From the human T2T-CHM13v2.0 reference genome, Homo sapiens, in the NCBI RefSeq assembly GCF_009914755.1, contig NC_060927.1: a DNA stretch of 64,000 nucleotides, one strand, 5' to 3'. Positions 32,561 through 46,668 of the stretch are shown here, in pieces. Every line of letters starts with the position of its first letter. Position 1 is the first letter of the stretch. Position numbers and translations under genes: made by a program. Below the pieces are notes generated by a model. That model was not told the DNA's origin, searched no databases, and saw only the letters and a list, made by a program, of their open reading frames with translations.

Positions 32561-35179
32561 AGAATTTCCTAATCCAATTGAACAAGCTTCCCCTGATGTA
32601 GCTCCTCCAGTGGAAGCATTTAGTCCTTTCACTGGACTGTCTGAATGGTCTTTTCCCTACAGCTTATCTGCCCTATACGTTCCCAAGTGGCTTTCTGTTC
32701 TTAGCAGTCAGGGGCCCAGGTGATGTCTACTCACCAAATATTCTTGAACCATAAGGCAATCAGATTATGGTTTTGTACATTATGGATTTTCAGACTTTAT
32801 GGTTTCAAAATAAATTTCCTATACCAAAGATACTTTTTAACTGCTGGGGACCCTATAAACCCTTTTTTCCCCACACATCCATTTTAATACTAGTCCAAAG
32901 GGTTAAAAAAATAGCAAGGGGAGCTGCCTTAGGGGAAACAGAGGCCACACGATATGGAATTTGGGGATGGGAAATGCTGGAACATGAAAGGAAGGAGGAA
33001 CAGCCCCACCATCTTGGCCCTCGGGGATGTTAGGAATAGAGGGTATACCAGAAGAAGGTGTAAGGGAGTAAATGATTGAAGTGTAAACCTCCCAAATGTT
33101 GTCTCTTTCAAAAGTTACCTTAGAGAGAATCTGCTAGTGCTCTGTTAATTATACCATGGTCACAGAGGTGCTGCTATTGTTCTGAGCTTACTTGGAACCC
33201 TTTTTTGGGATCTGTCCAAAAGGAGTGAATGTAACTTGCTCCAAAATCTGTGTTTCTAGAGGTTAGATACCTGAGAAGCCCTGCTGTCAAGAATCCCAGA
33301 TTCTCCTGGTTGGCAGGAACTTTAAAGCTTCTAGCCACAGCGTTTGAGCTCCCAAGGCTGTCCTTCAGCATCTTCCCAGGCAGCCCTGATTCATTGTGGA
33401 CTGAAACCTTTCTGTCATTCCTTCTATCCACTGGTCATAATAGAGTATGGGCTTGTATTTCCAAAATTTAAACATCACTGGTCCTATTAGTTCTTTTAGA
33501 TCTTTCTTTCAAGTTGCTCATTTTTCTCATATAAGAAAATTTACCTTAAATGGAAACCACATCACTTTGTCAGTGGAAAACTATGTCAATTGGAACTTAA
33601 CTGCATAAGGAATAATAACAGATGGAAGAGAAAACAATGATATTAAATTCTACTTAGGAGCTGTTGCCTAGCAAAGGTTCTGAGTGAGAGGCAACCTCTG
33701 TCTTTGTTAAAACAGGAGATTAGCAAGTGTTACAGAGGGGTGCAAAGACAAATACTACAAAAATGATACTCCTTCCTTGACATAATCCATAGGAACAAAA
33801 GAAGTAAAAAGGGCATATCTTTTTTCACCTTGTGATCCACTGTTATCTAATTGTATTGTCTGTGTACCACCCAATACCATGCTTCCAATCTCTACTGGAA
33901 GATGTACACACTGGGACACACTGGTAAAGTGATCAAGCACCAGGACTGTAAGTCAAGCTGATCAGGTTCAGCTCTTGGCTCTGCCAACTCCTAGCCACCC
34001 AACCCTAAATACCTGAAACTGTATGCATCAGTTTCTTCGTCTTTAAAATGGAAGCAATAATAGATCTTCAGAGTAATACTTTCTTAAAGATAGTGCCCAA
34101 ATTTGGACATTATGCCCAGGTGTAATCCGACCAGTGAAGAGCATCAGTTCAGCCTAAGATTGCAGCCTCATTCGGGTTTTGAACTGAACTCGTTCAGCCT
34201 TTGGGTGTTCACAAAGCTGTGCTTGTAGCCAACTAAAATAAAATCTAAGGTATTTTGATAGGCACCACTACTGAGCCACATCCTCCATTACTTACATTGC
34301 TGGGTGTTTCGGCCTGAGGGAGGACTTCACATTTATTCCTATTAACCAGATTTTGCCCCTTCACTGGTGCTTTAGCATTTGCTCAGCTCCTTCTCCTACC
34401 CTGTATTTGAGGGAAAGGAAGCCAAATGGGCAGAACTTGGCCATAATGAGGATGTGTTTGACATGCTGGATTTGAGTCTGTGTTCCATTGAAGAAAAGAA
34501 ATGGAAACTTTGTTGAGTATCCATTCTATACAGGGCACTTTCCTTGACTATTTCATTTAACACTCCAAGGACCCCCTGAGGTAGATGTTATCACCATTTT
34601 GCAGAGAAGAAATCTGCATTTTTATTTGAAGTTCTTAAACATGGTAAACGACCCAATTTTCTGCTTTTTGCTTAACAGTATTTTGCAAACATTTTATCAT
34701 GTTACTTCATGTTTTCCTATTTTTTTTTTTTTGCTTTATAAATAAATACATACTCCCTCCTTATTCTAAAAAGAATTTGAAGCACTTCTGTCTTGATGTT
34801 TATCATTTTAACGGTTGTATAATGTCCCATTAAGTCACCCTAATTTATTCAACAAATTTCCTACTGTTGACAGTTTGGCTCTGTTTGCTTTTTGTGGTTT
34901 TTAAAATTATTTTCTGTAACAAATGATCCTGCTAAAAAAAAAATCTCCGCACGAATATTATTTTGTTCTGGAAATTTCCGCAAGGGTGGAATACTGCATT
35001 AAAGGGGATAATATTTTTGGTGTTTCTTTATAGAGCCTAGCAAATTGCCCACCCAAAGGAGTATGCTTTATTTGAGAGTAAAAAGCCAAAAACAAACACA
35101 TACAAAAAAACTGGTTTTCTACAAAAGAAATTAATTTTCCACTTATTCATAAAATATTCTAGTGCTGTGATGGGTGGCA

Positions 35180-36400
35180 GGCACCGTGCCAGGGGCTAGG
35201 GACAAGGATAAGCAAGGCCAGGTCCGGGCCTCCAAGCAGCGCGCTGTGGAGTCGGGTAGAGTAGACCAAGTGCAACAGGCACCTGGCTGCAGCCAGGAAG
35301 GACCGCACGCCCTTTCGCGCAGGAGAGTGGAAGGAGGGAGCTGTTTGCCAGCACCGAGGTCTTGCGGCACAGGCAACGCTTGACCTGAGTCTTGCAGAAT
35401 GAGTAAGAGTTTGGGCACGCGATTTGTATTTATTTTACTGTGAATCTCTGGCCTTATATCAGAAAAAAAAAAATTGTGCCACCCTCGGCACAGAGAACGT
35501 TGGTGGCGTCGTAAGCGCCCTAAGCTTCTTTCCATCGCCAAGGAGTAGGGGTCAGGGAAGAGGACAGCGGGAACAGGATTTGAGAGCCGGGAACCCCTGG
35601 CTCGGCACGGGAGAGGGCAGGAGAGGACCTAAGCGCGGGGCTCGCCGTCCGCTGGGGACCCGAGCCGGCCTGTGGCCCTCGGGGAACAGAAGACGCGCCC
35701 TCAGCGACCCTGAAGAGTCAGCTAAGCTCTCTGCGGGCTAAGGAGACGGTGAAGGAACCGGGACTAACTGGGGTAGGGGTTAGAAGGCAGCCCGCGAGTG
35801 GGCTACGAGGGGAGCTGGGCTCGGCAGTTGGGGACCCCGAGGGGGCAAGCGGGCGGGGAGCAGGAGAGGGGCGGAGCTCCGGGGCCGGGGCCGGGGCCGC
35901 AGCGGCCGCCCAGAGGGTCTGCGGGGGCTGCTGTGGCCGGACCCGAAGGCGGGCGCCGGGAGCGCAGCGAGCCAGACGCGCCTCTCCAAGACCGTGACCT
36001 TGGCATAGAGAGCGGGGCTGCGCGCAGTCCTGAGATCAGACCAGAGCTCATCCTCGTGGAGACCCACGGCCGAGGGGCCGGAGCTGCCTCTGTGCGAGGG
36101 AGCCCTGGCCGCGGCGCAGGTAGGACCGGGGAACCCAAGGAGGGCGGGAGGAAAGCGCCCCTGGTGGGGGAGGGGCCGTGGCGGGGTCTGGGGGCCAAGG
36201 GCTCCGGGCCGAACGAGGGGCACACGCCGGAGCAGCTCCAGCCTGGGAGCATTGGGCGTGAACGTGGGGGAAAGTAGGGACCAGATTACAGGATCAAGGC
36301 TTTCCCCGGCTCAGAACTGGATTGTTCAGTGCCCCTAGAAGGGGCAGCGGGTCGCCCACGCGAATGAACGGGAGCGCGCACCAAAACGCCTGCTGTTGGT
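35180..36400 (+). promoter_or_regulatory. CpG island / promoter with GC boxes
   Basis: Only non-repeat CpG-dense segment in the window; Sp1-type GGGCGG boxes at about 35851 and 35868; (GGGGCC)3 at 35881-35898. Confidence 0.9.
35900..36119 (+). other. Probable non-coding first exon of an unidentified gene (start approximate)
   Basis: Downstream of the GC boxes; ends in donor CAG|GTAGGA (36119/36120), followed by G-rich intron-like sequence. Confidence 0.55.
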
Positions 36401-38969
36401 AGTTTCTTGTGCCTCTGCCTTGTTTCTGCCTGTGATATAGTCAGAAAGGACTCGCTTGCCACGTGTTAACAAGGGGACAGGTAGCTTTTACAGAGTGTAT
36501 GAATATGGAGGGGAGGGCCACAGAGTCAGCTCTGGCCCCAGGGGCCGTCAGTGCCCCCACAGGATTCCTGGTCCAAGCTACCAGCTGTCTTGGGAACTTT
36601 GCTTCAGTGGCATCAAATTAGATTGTCAGTTCCCGGGGCCTGAGCACCAGCCTCCATGTGTATTTCCTGGGGAGAAAAAAAAAAGGCATACCAGACTGAT
36701 GGAGTCTTATCATTATTTTAACATTATAGCTTTCAATAGATAACATGCATATGTTTCTTTTTTTAAGTCAAATAATACAAACATTTATCTTCTACAGGCA
36801 ATGCGTGCACTAGCATGTGTGTCTATTGCTGTCTCCTTTCTACACCCATAGCCTTTCCCACTCTACGTGTTCTGTCGCCGTCTTTTGATTCTTTATCCAG
36901 AAAATGATGTCACCACCACTGCCCACATCCCTTAATCTCCAGTGTTCCTCCTTGCAACGCCTCTCTTGTCCTCAAATATTTTTCACAAGGTGGTCCTCAG
37001 GGTAGGGAGCCTACTAACGAGAAGACATTTCGTTTACTTGCTTCAATTATCCCAGAGATTTGAAGAAAAGGCACATTGGGGAAGAGTCCATGTCAAGTTC
37101 TAAACACACTTATCTTTCCCCTTAAACTGGATCTTCCAAGTGCAGTTTAGGTAGTCTGTTACTGAGAGAAATAATGCAGGCTGTTTTCTGAAATGCTCTG
37201 GATTTCCAGAACTTAACACCACAGTAGTTCCTATTCCTTAAAACAGAACTTCATCAGTCACACCTTGCTGTTGCTTTTCCCATCTCCACTCCAGGATTCC
37301 CTAACTGGCATGCCTAGGATTTTTCCTCTGTAGGAACCTGGGAGAGCGGGTGCTTTATACCTGCCTCCCAGGTGTCCAATGAAGGGGCTGAGGGACAAAG
37401 CTTTGTGGTGGACAAAAGGGGAGGGGAAGATGTAGGAGAAGTTGGAGGGGAAGTAGGAAGGAAGAAGCAGGCCAAGACCCTTGAGTAGAGAAGACTCCTC
37501 AAGCACAGAGCCCTGTCATTTGGGAACAGTCTCCATATAATTTCTAAGAGACCACACATGCGAGTTACTTCCTGCCAATAATCAGCACAGTCAGCTCTGT
37601 TCCAAGACTTCTATGCTAGACCAAAACATAGTAAGTGAAAAAAAAAAATCAGCAAATCAACCAGTTTTTGTCTCTATGATAAAACAGAGTGGTTGAAATT
37701 AAATTAGTTAAAAATTTTCTTTTTTACTGAATTAGCAGGTTCTTTAGGAGCTGTGTCCATTGTTTAAAATCACCTAATAGGTACTCCAGTCTCCACATTT
37801 TTCCTTTATTTTGTTTATCTTTTCATATTGCATAACCTTGAACTGGATCCCAACCATGTCAGAAAGTTCAGGCTGATTAGAAGCTGCCACTTCTAAGACT
37901 TTTTGGTGGAAGAGAGTGGGGAGGAGAGGGTGAGAAAATAATGACTGATCCTTGTGATAGGGTAGGGGTATAATGAAGAGGAAGAAGTTAACTACAAGTT
38001 TGAGACTGGTGAGGAGTTGCATATAATTCTTAAGATAACACGGCAATAAGTAAGTAAGAGGTAAAAAAATCATTCATCATTCATCATTCAAAATGTTTAT
38101 AGAGTGCATGGCTATGTGCCAGTCACTGGGAACTAACTGGTATATAAAACCAGGTGAGGTCCCTGCTCTCCTGGAGCTTACAGATGCTTTGGGGTGGCAG
38201 CTGTTAGGAAAATAAATATTGACTATATGTTATTACAAACTAAGATAAACTGTCTGAAGGAAAGAAACGAAGTTCTTTGAGGGTGTATACAGACTGAACT
38301 GTGAGACCAGGGAAGCCTTTCTCAAGGAGATCTCCCTTGAGCCAAGATTCAAAGATGGAGAGGAAGGTTGAGGATATATTTGTTGTTTACGTAGGACCAG
38401 AGTGTATCCACTAGGAATGGTGTTTGGCTGCTAGTCATTAAGAAGACTAACTGCCATGTGACATTTGCTGTACTACATGAGCACATGTGCCAACTTGGCA
38501 TTTTTGGCACTTTGGGAAAGAATGCTTTGTTATCACAGTATCAGTTGCATTGTCTTCAGTTGGTCATGGTTTGCCATTGCTGTATTCTTGCTTTATAATT
38601 AAATGTTTCAATTAACTTTATGCTTATCCACTTATTTTATTGTGTACAATAAAATGTGTGCATTGCAGTTCAAATGTGAATCATCCATATTCCCATTAAT
38701 AAGGTAAATATATATATAACCCTGATACCAAATGTGGTTTATACACTGACTGTTCAATGTTATCACTAAATAGATTCTTTAGGTGAAAATAGGTGTGGCA
38801 GGTGGGCTGTAATATCTTCCTTCCATCCCTAGCCACTGCTCTAATTGGGAGGATGCCAGAATTTTTCAATTATTCTAAAGCTGCATGATCCTTTTCAAAG
38901 ATTCATATATAGCTCTTTAGTAAAGAAAAAAAATCACCAATTGCACTGAAGCAACATATTTAACATTCA

Positions 38970-40000
38970 AACAAATATTTTTATTCATTCGACAGTGTTT
39001 ACAGTAAACCTTGTATGTGCTCAGAGCTGTGCTAGACAGTATAATTAAAACTGATTACTAGGACAGAGTCCCAACATTTAAGGAGTTCATAGAAGTCTGA
39101 GAGGGAGTCATGCTCATCCATGTGCAGGTAGTATTGTGTTCATTACAATTAAAGCATAATCAGGGTACGTTCATGTATAAGGGAAGGGAGTGGTCAATTC
39201 TACCAAAGGAGGAAGGGTCAGGGAAAGGTTCTTGGAGGAGGTAACGCTTGAGTTGAATCTTGAAAGATGAGGAGTGACACCAGGTAGACAAAAGAAGAAG
39301 GTATAATGGGAGAGAGATTCATGTGCAAAAACAAGCAATTAACAACAACTAAACCAGAGGCATGAAACATCATGTCAAGTTCTAGGACCTGCAAGTGGTT
39401 CAAGGAGCTGAAGCATAAGGAGCCAAGAGGTAGGGAGGCTAGCAAAGTGGCTAAAGTATGCATGATGGGGTCACAGAAACAAAGATTTGAGTCGTGGTTC
39501 TGCCACTTTCTAGCTGTGGGACCTCAGTTAAGTAATTTAGCCACAGTAATTAATGGCAATAAAGGTAATACTTTCCTCATAGGATTGCTGCAAAGATTCA
39601 GATAAGATATGCACAGATTATGTACTCAGGAATTGTTGGCTATTCATTATTTATTCTAGGGCAAAGGAAGCTGCTGGAGGGTTTTACATAGAGGAGTGAC
39701 TCGTGAGCATTTTTGCAATCACTCTGGCTGCATGTGGATGCTGAGTTGAAGGGGGCTCATTTGGAACAAAGTAAATATTTAGAGACATTATAACCATTTA
39801 GATAATGGTAATGATGGCCTGAACCATGGCGGTCATGGCAGCAGCCATGGAGAAAACTAGCTAAATGCTTGAGATATCGTCAAAGTAGACTCCACCACAG
39901 AACTAAGTTACTCATTAGATGTGGTCAGTGAGGGAGAGGATTTGAAGAGGTGAAGCCTGAGATTCTGGTCTGTTATCCTTTGACTCTGTCATTCAAGTGA
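38970..40000 (-). mobile_element. L2 fragments with a nested MIR (about 39470-39650)
   Basis: 'attcattcgacagtgtttacagtaaaccttgtatgtgc' L2 end; MIR core 'ttctgccactttctagctgtgggacctc'. Confidence 0.6.
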
Positions 40001-41984
40001 TCTTGGGATAGAAAAGAAGAAGTGAGTATCAACCAGGACTGGGGATCAGGAATCTGGGAAGTGCTTGTATACGGAGAACTTCATGATCGGTACCAAAAAA
40101 AATGCTATCTCTGATTCAGAAGAGCCCTTGACCATTTCTGTGTCTGAACATAAAATAGGATCAGTTAATCCATACCAAATATAATATCCATCTTCTCTCT
40201 CTCTCTTTTTCTCTCTCTCTGTTTCTGGGAGGCTTTCAATTCAAAGTGGGTGGACATTAGACTTCACCTATTTGTCATTGCCTTGAAGTGACAGATGTAC
40301 CCTCACTCCATGCCTGGTACTGTTGGTTCAACTCTTGCCTGACACCAGCCTGATTCACTTTTTTCTCCTTTTTCTCATGTCTTCTCATATACAATAAGCA
40401 CTAACTGAGGTGTCCACATGGACTTTATTAAAGTCCATGAGAATTAGAGGATTCAGGTAGTTCCTATTTCATCATGCAATGCAGTCTTGGTAACCACAGT
40501 ATCCATTCATAAGGCAGGAAACAATACAGACATGTGTGATAGTGTTTGTTGAAAAGCTGCCGAGAGCTTTATTACTGTTTCCACCAAAGGTGGATACTAG
40601 GAAGTGCTGATTAAGGGTGTGCTTTTGGATTCAGTTGCTCAAACAACTGTATTATTACTCAAAGCCACAGAAATGAACATTATAATTAGGCAGAGCCAAA
40701 TGAGTGAGATGGTCAAATATGAAATGAGGAAAACAAGATCAGCCTCTGCCGTGGACAGTCTAGTTTGGTGGAAGGTGGGCTTTCTATCTCTGACCTTCAG
40801 CATGACATTAACCTAGCTGAGCCTCAGTTTTTAGTGGTGGACCTTCCTTTGAGATCTGTGAAGCTAAGGTAATGTCTCCTTCACAGGGCGGTTGTGAAGT
40901 TTAAATGAGTTAAATGTGCTAAACACAATGTGTGGCGTATGGTGGGTGCTTAACTAGCTGATATCCTTTGGCTCAGTTAATCCCCAGGGTCTTTCCTCAC
41001 ATTGAAAAAGCAGGAAGCATGCAGATTTCTTGGGTTAAGTAACCTGAATTAATTTGTTTTAATGTGTTTTTCATCTATGATTGATTTTTTTTCCCTGGGA
41101 ACCAGGGTGGAAACCTGTTTTCCTCCACCCTCAGTGAATGCTTATCAGTGATGATGGGGGCAAAGGTAATATGATACCCGCAGAGAGGAAACTAATTTTA
41201 GCCATTCTTCCTTCAACAAGTCTGTCACACACATGCAAGTAAAATTACTAACAAATAGAAAAATTGAGTAATTTGACTTCTTCCTCCCATATTTTCTGTT
41301 GGTAGAGTTCCTATTAAGCATATTTTTTGTTTATCTTTTGTTTTTCATGTAGGTAGAAAGAAGCAGGCTCAAAGAAATTGCAGTTGTACCCCTCAATAAT
41401 TGTTTGTCCTTAGGAACAAAGTTTTGCTTTTCTCCTCTTAACAGAAGTTGATGGTTGAAAGAATTATCATATCTTTCATATAGTTTTTCTAAATATTCTA
41501 TAATTTGACATAAGCTTTTAGTTTAGTTTTGTTCACCAGTTGGGTCCCAACTGCATGTCAGATGTTGAGTTGGCACTGTGTACTCAGAGACGCCAGCTGT
41601 GGTGCCCAGATCTCCAGTCTGGTAGCCCTTGTGAGAGAGACTGGGTAGGAAGAGAAGTGGGGTGGAGGGTGCAAGCTGATCTTAAACAGCTGATGGTGGT
41701 GGGAGTGACACTCAGGCTGAGGCTCTCTACCACAGCTTCAGGCTTCCAGTCCATCCAATCATGCACTCCTTTGGGTCAGGATCTGGGTCTACTCATCCCA
41801 GTGCCCCAAGCCCCTGCCAGTTAGAGCCCTTATGTGCTAAGTGCTTGTCGATTAAGAGATTCGGGGAAAGGTAGTGAGGAGGCTAGGTGATCTTCTCTTT
41901 TCACACTCTTAAAAATGAAAATAGTCCAAGTAAAGTTTATACTCCATGCAATTATCAACCAATTTCCATTCATCCTCATCTTTT

Positions 41985-42340
41985 GAGAGGCAGTACACTG
42001 CAGTGGTAATAGCCTAGGGCCAGGAATTAGACTACCCGAGCTTGTATCTCAGTTTGACAGCTCACTAGCTTCGTGACCTTGGGCAGGTTGTCCAACCTCT
42101 CTATGCCCCATTTTCCTTATCTGTAAACTGCAGTTAATTAACACTACTTACCTCTTTGGTTGTTAAAAGACTTATATGAGCTAATACACGTTGTTAAAGC
42201 TCATCAAGCATAGACAGCGTGTCTTATTCAACACTGAAACTCCAGAATCCATCATAGTGCCTGGTACACTGGAGGAGCTGAATGAATCAATGAATGAATG
42301 AATGAATGAACAAATGAATGAGTGACTTAGTGAATGAACA
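41985..42340 (+). mobile_element. MIR followed by an L2 3' end with (TGAA)n tail
   Basis: MIR core 'ctagcttcgtgaccttgggcagg'; 'catagtgcctggtacac' and (TGAA)n at about 42279-42338. Confidence 0.7.
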
Positions 42341-42573
42341 AATCTCAGTATATAGACTGGTATAACAGTCAGCAATTGACAAAGCACCCTCTTAATATTA
42401 ATTCATTTGATTCCCAGAACATGTCAGGAGATAAATAAGGCGGCTGAGCAGGGAAGGTATTATCTCCATTTTACAAATTAGGAAACCAGGGTACTGAAAG
42501 GTTGGCTTGCCAAAGAAAGTGCAACTATAAGTAAAAGATCTGGTTAACGTTGCTGATTCTACTTACTCCTAGC

Positions 42574-42781
42574 TCTCTGCTCTTCTCAAGATTCAGCTGC
42601 CTCTCCACCTTATACAGATTTCACAGAACTCAAAGGATGTCCACCAGCAAAAATGAACACACATAGCTTATTTAGCTTTCTGAAGAAATGAGTTTCTTAC
42701 TGTAAATACACTCAGTCAAGTTAAAACTTAAAGTTGCAACTTGAAGTTTGGAATGTTTTTATGTTTTGGAGAGGGGAGCAG
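42574..42781 (+). repeat. Direct repeat copy A (partner 44442-44644)
   Basis: About 205 bp; about 17 substitutions plus one 5-bp indel between copies (manual alignment). Confidence 0.95.
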
Positions 42782-42871
42782 TGGATATTTTGTAAGAATG
42801 AGGAAGTTCTTTCTAAGTATAAAAGTAGCAGAGAATCATGAAGGAAAATATTGATAGATTTCATTACATAA

Positions 42872-43234
<363 letters not shown>

Positions 43235-44064
43235 TAATTAAATTAAAATGAAAATAAACTCAAAAAAATTTGCAACAAATAAGCCAAAAGGTTCAAATTT
43301 GTGAATATAAAGAACTCATAGAATTTAATAGGAAGAACATTAAGACCATGGTTTCAAAAAAGTAGCCAAAGGATGTAATGGTTTTCAAATGAAGACAATC
43401 ACATGGGTGGTGAAACGTACAAATATTTTAACTTTTCTTGAATAAGGGAAACATTTTTACAATGATATACCAATTTCCTTATCAGGAACATTAAGATGTT
43501 GAAGATAATGCTAGTGGAGTGGGGCACAATGGAAACTGTCATAACAAATTACCTGGAAAACAATTGCCTTAAAACTGTTCACAGCCTTTGACCAAAGAAT
43601 TTCATTTTGGGGATTGTATCATTAAGAAATTATCAGAAATATGGTTAAAGACTTATGCCCAATGATGTTCTTCACAGTGAGAATTTGAAACTGAAACACA
43701 AGAAAAAGCCTATGAATCCAATAATAAGGGAATGGTTAAATACAGTGTGGTGGATAGGAAGCAGCATAGGCTAGCAGCTAAAAGCATGATTTTGAGTCTT
43801 ACCACCTGGATTCAAATTCTGGCTCTGTCATGTAACTGTCATGTAACTCTGCCCTGTAACTTTGGAACCTCTCCAGGCTCTACTTTTTTCATCTGTACAA
43901 AGGGGACGATAAGAGTATCTAACATATAGGGCTGTTATGTGGCTTAAATGGGTTCATACAGGTCTACACTTCCAAAATCTTCAAAGCTCTAAACAACTAA
44001 AGGTTTTATGTAACTTAAATAGCAACAAAACATCAGTGAACTGACACAGATCTACTTTATTCCA

Positions 44065-44262
44065 TTTACTGTGACTGTATTTGGCAGATATAATCAATGT
44101 TAATCCCTTTCCACAGTTTTACCTTTCTTGCAGAATCTCCAAGATTCTCTTTATGAATTAATAACAATCTTACACATTTGAAAAAGACTAATTTTGAAGT
44201 CAAAGCTAACTAGAGAGCAGGTATATGTATTTTGAACTAATCTCTTGGCCAAGAAACTTTCC
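44065..44262 (+). repeat. Inverted repeat arm B (partner 45213-45409)
   Basis: 198 bp; reverse complement of the partner with 3 substitutions and 1 indel. Confidence 0.97.
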
Positions 44263-44273
44263 CAAATCTTCCA

Positions 44274-44441
44274 TCCCAGGGCTCTCAAACTTTAAGGTGG
44301 GGAATATTCTTAATGCATAGATTACCAATGTCTATCCCCTAGAAAATCTGATTAAGCGGGTCTGGAGTGGGGGCCAAATGTATATAGTTCCTGCGAGCTC
44401 CCAGGCGATGATGGTAAGGCTGATCCATGGATCACCTCTTT
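44274..44441. mobile_element. MER5-like hAT-Charlie MITE
   Basis: 'ctctcaaacttt...ctgattaagcgggtctggagtggggcc...gctcccaggcgatg...ggatcacctcttt'. Confidence 0.65.
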
Positions 44442-44644
44442 TCTCTGCTCTTCTCACGATCCAGCTGCCTCTCCAGCTTATACAGATTTCATGGAACTCC
44501 TGTCCACCAGCAAAAATGAACACACATAGCTTATTTAGCTTTCTGAAGAAGTGAACTTCTTACTATAAATATGCTCAGTCAAGTTAAAATTTAAAGTTAC
44601 AACTTGAAGTTTGGAAAGTTTTTAACTTTTGGAGAGGGGAGCAG
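44442..44644 (+). repeat. Direct repeat copy A'
   Basis: Matches 42574-42781. Confidence 0.95.
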
Positions 44645-44779
44645 GTAGCCTCACTCTAATCCACTCCTTCTTTAATTTTCATCACCCCTCACATTGTATC
44701 TTTTTATTTGAACCTTTTCATTTCTGAAAATCTTCGACCTTTTTTTTTCATATTATCATTCTCCTATTCTTTCATTTCT

Positions 44780-45152
<373 letters not shown>

Positions 45153-45212
45153 TAATAAAATTATTTATCAGTTTCTGAGTACCTACCATGTGCCAGTAAC
45201 ACAGTTAAAAAT

Positions 45213-45409
45213 GGAAAGTTTCTTGGCCAAGAGATTAGTTCAAAATACATATACCTGCTCTCTAGTTAGCTTTGACTTCAAAATTAGTCTTTTCAAATGT
45301 GTAAGATTGTTATTAATTCATAAAGAGAATCTTGGAGATTCTGCAAGAAAGGTAAAACTATGGAAAGGGATTAACATTGATTATATCTGCCAAATCTAGT
45401 CACAGTAAA
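45213..45409 (-). repeat. Inverted repeat arm B', inserted in a MIR
   Basis: Reverse complement of 44065-44262; flanked by agtaacacagtta at 45195-45207 and 45409-45421. Confidence 0.95.
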
Positions 45410-46518
45410 GTAACACAGTTACTACAGTTACTTTACTTTTTTTTATCCTTCTGACAACCCCGAAAGGAGGGTTATTGGAAGGGTTTTTATACTTTATCCT
45501 TTTTATCCTGGAAGGGATAAAAACCCTCCCAATAACCCTCATTTAAGTGATGAGAAGACTGAGGTCCTAGGCCTGAGGGTTTGTAGGTGGTGGAAACTAG
45601 TCATCTTGGCCCCAAAGCCTAAGCTGTTTTCATTTTACTGTCCTGCCCATTTCACATGGTGGTACACATCCCGTGCTCTCCAGTCTACACGCCTTCTCAT
45701 TCCTGCCTCCACTACTTAATTCCTGCAGAGTCCCCAGCTTGGAACCCCCTATCTCCTTATCACCTATTCAGGTACCAATCTAGGCCTTCTATAACATGAA
45801 GTGTCCCCAAATATACTCGCACAGCCCACACTCAGCTGCATCTGTTGTTCCTAGTCGGCCTTTTATCATATATGCATTTGGTTTTTTTCACCAAGGGATT
45901 TTTGTCTTCCTAACTGGATTTAGAGCTCCTTGAAAACAGGGCCGATCTCATGCATCTCTGGGTCCCCCTTGGAACAGCCATGGTGAGGACTGATTGCCTC
46001 CTTCACCCCCGCACTTTCTACTCTTCTTCCTTCCTGTCCCCCTACCCACCACTTGTCCCTTCCTATCTTGGTGAAATCAAGCCACACCAACAAGAAGGCA
46101 AAAAAAATAGTCCAGGTTTCACCCTTCCTAATCTCCTTCCCTGTGTGGTTTGTTAGTGTTTGCCTTGTGGTTCCACAATGTCATGAGAAGGAAGTCTTTT
46201 TATGAGAAGGAGCTTTTCTCATCAATGTTATGAGAAGGAACTTTTCCTCTACTTGGCAGAGAGGTACTAGCCATGTCTTATAACCCTTGGCCCTCTTGAG
46301 GGTTTCCAGAACTCCCTTCTTTCCATGTTTATTCAAATTCCATTTTCATTATCGTACTTCCCAGTTTCACCCAACATCCACGTTATCACCCAAGTATATG
46401 CCAAGAGTCCTTGCCTGCCCATTCCCAGCTTATACATCTATGGAGCTACTTTCTGCAGTGAGATCTGTTGGGAGCAGCATGGCCAACACATTCATTTGGT
46501 CCGTACACTTTAGTTATA

Positions 46519-46668
46519 TTCTTCCCTGCCACCTCCCTTCCTCTTCCTCCTCCTTTCTTCTTCTTACTTTTTCCTCCTCCTCCTCCTACTTCCTGCTCCT
46601 CCTCCTCCTCCTTTTTCCTCCTCCCTCTCTTTCTTCACTTCCCTCCATCCCTCCCTTCTCCATCTTTC
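46519..46668. repeat. Polypyrimidine (CCT/CT-rich) low-complexity tract
   Basis: Almost purine-free (CCT)n-like run. Confidence 0.9.

Noticed and set aside
35749-36277. 147-159 aa ORFs on both strands in the CpG island
   Set aside because: Non-ATG starts and G/P/R/A-rich low-complexity products, as expected from GC content; no recognisable domain.
35180-36400. Naming the host gene
   Set aside because: I do not recognise the first-exon sequence and see no coding exon, so no symbol is assigned.
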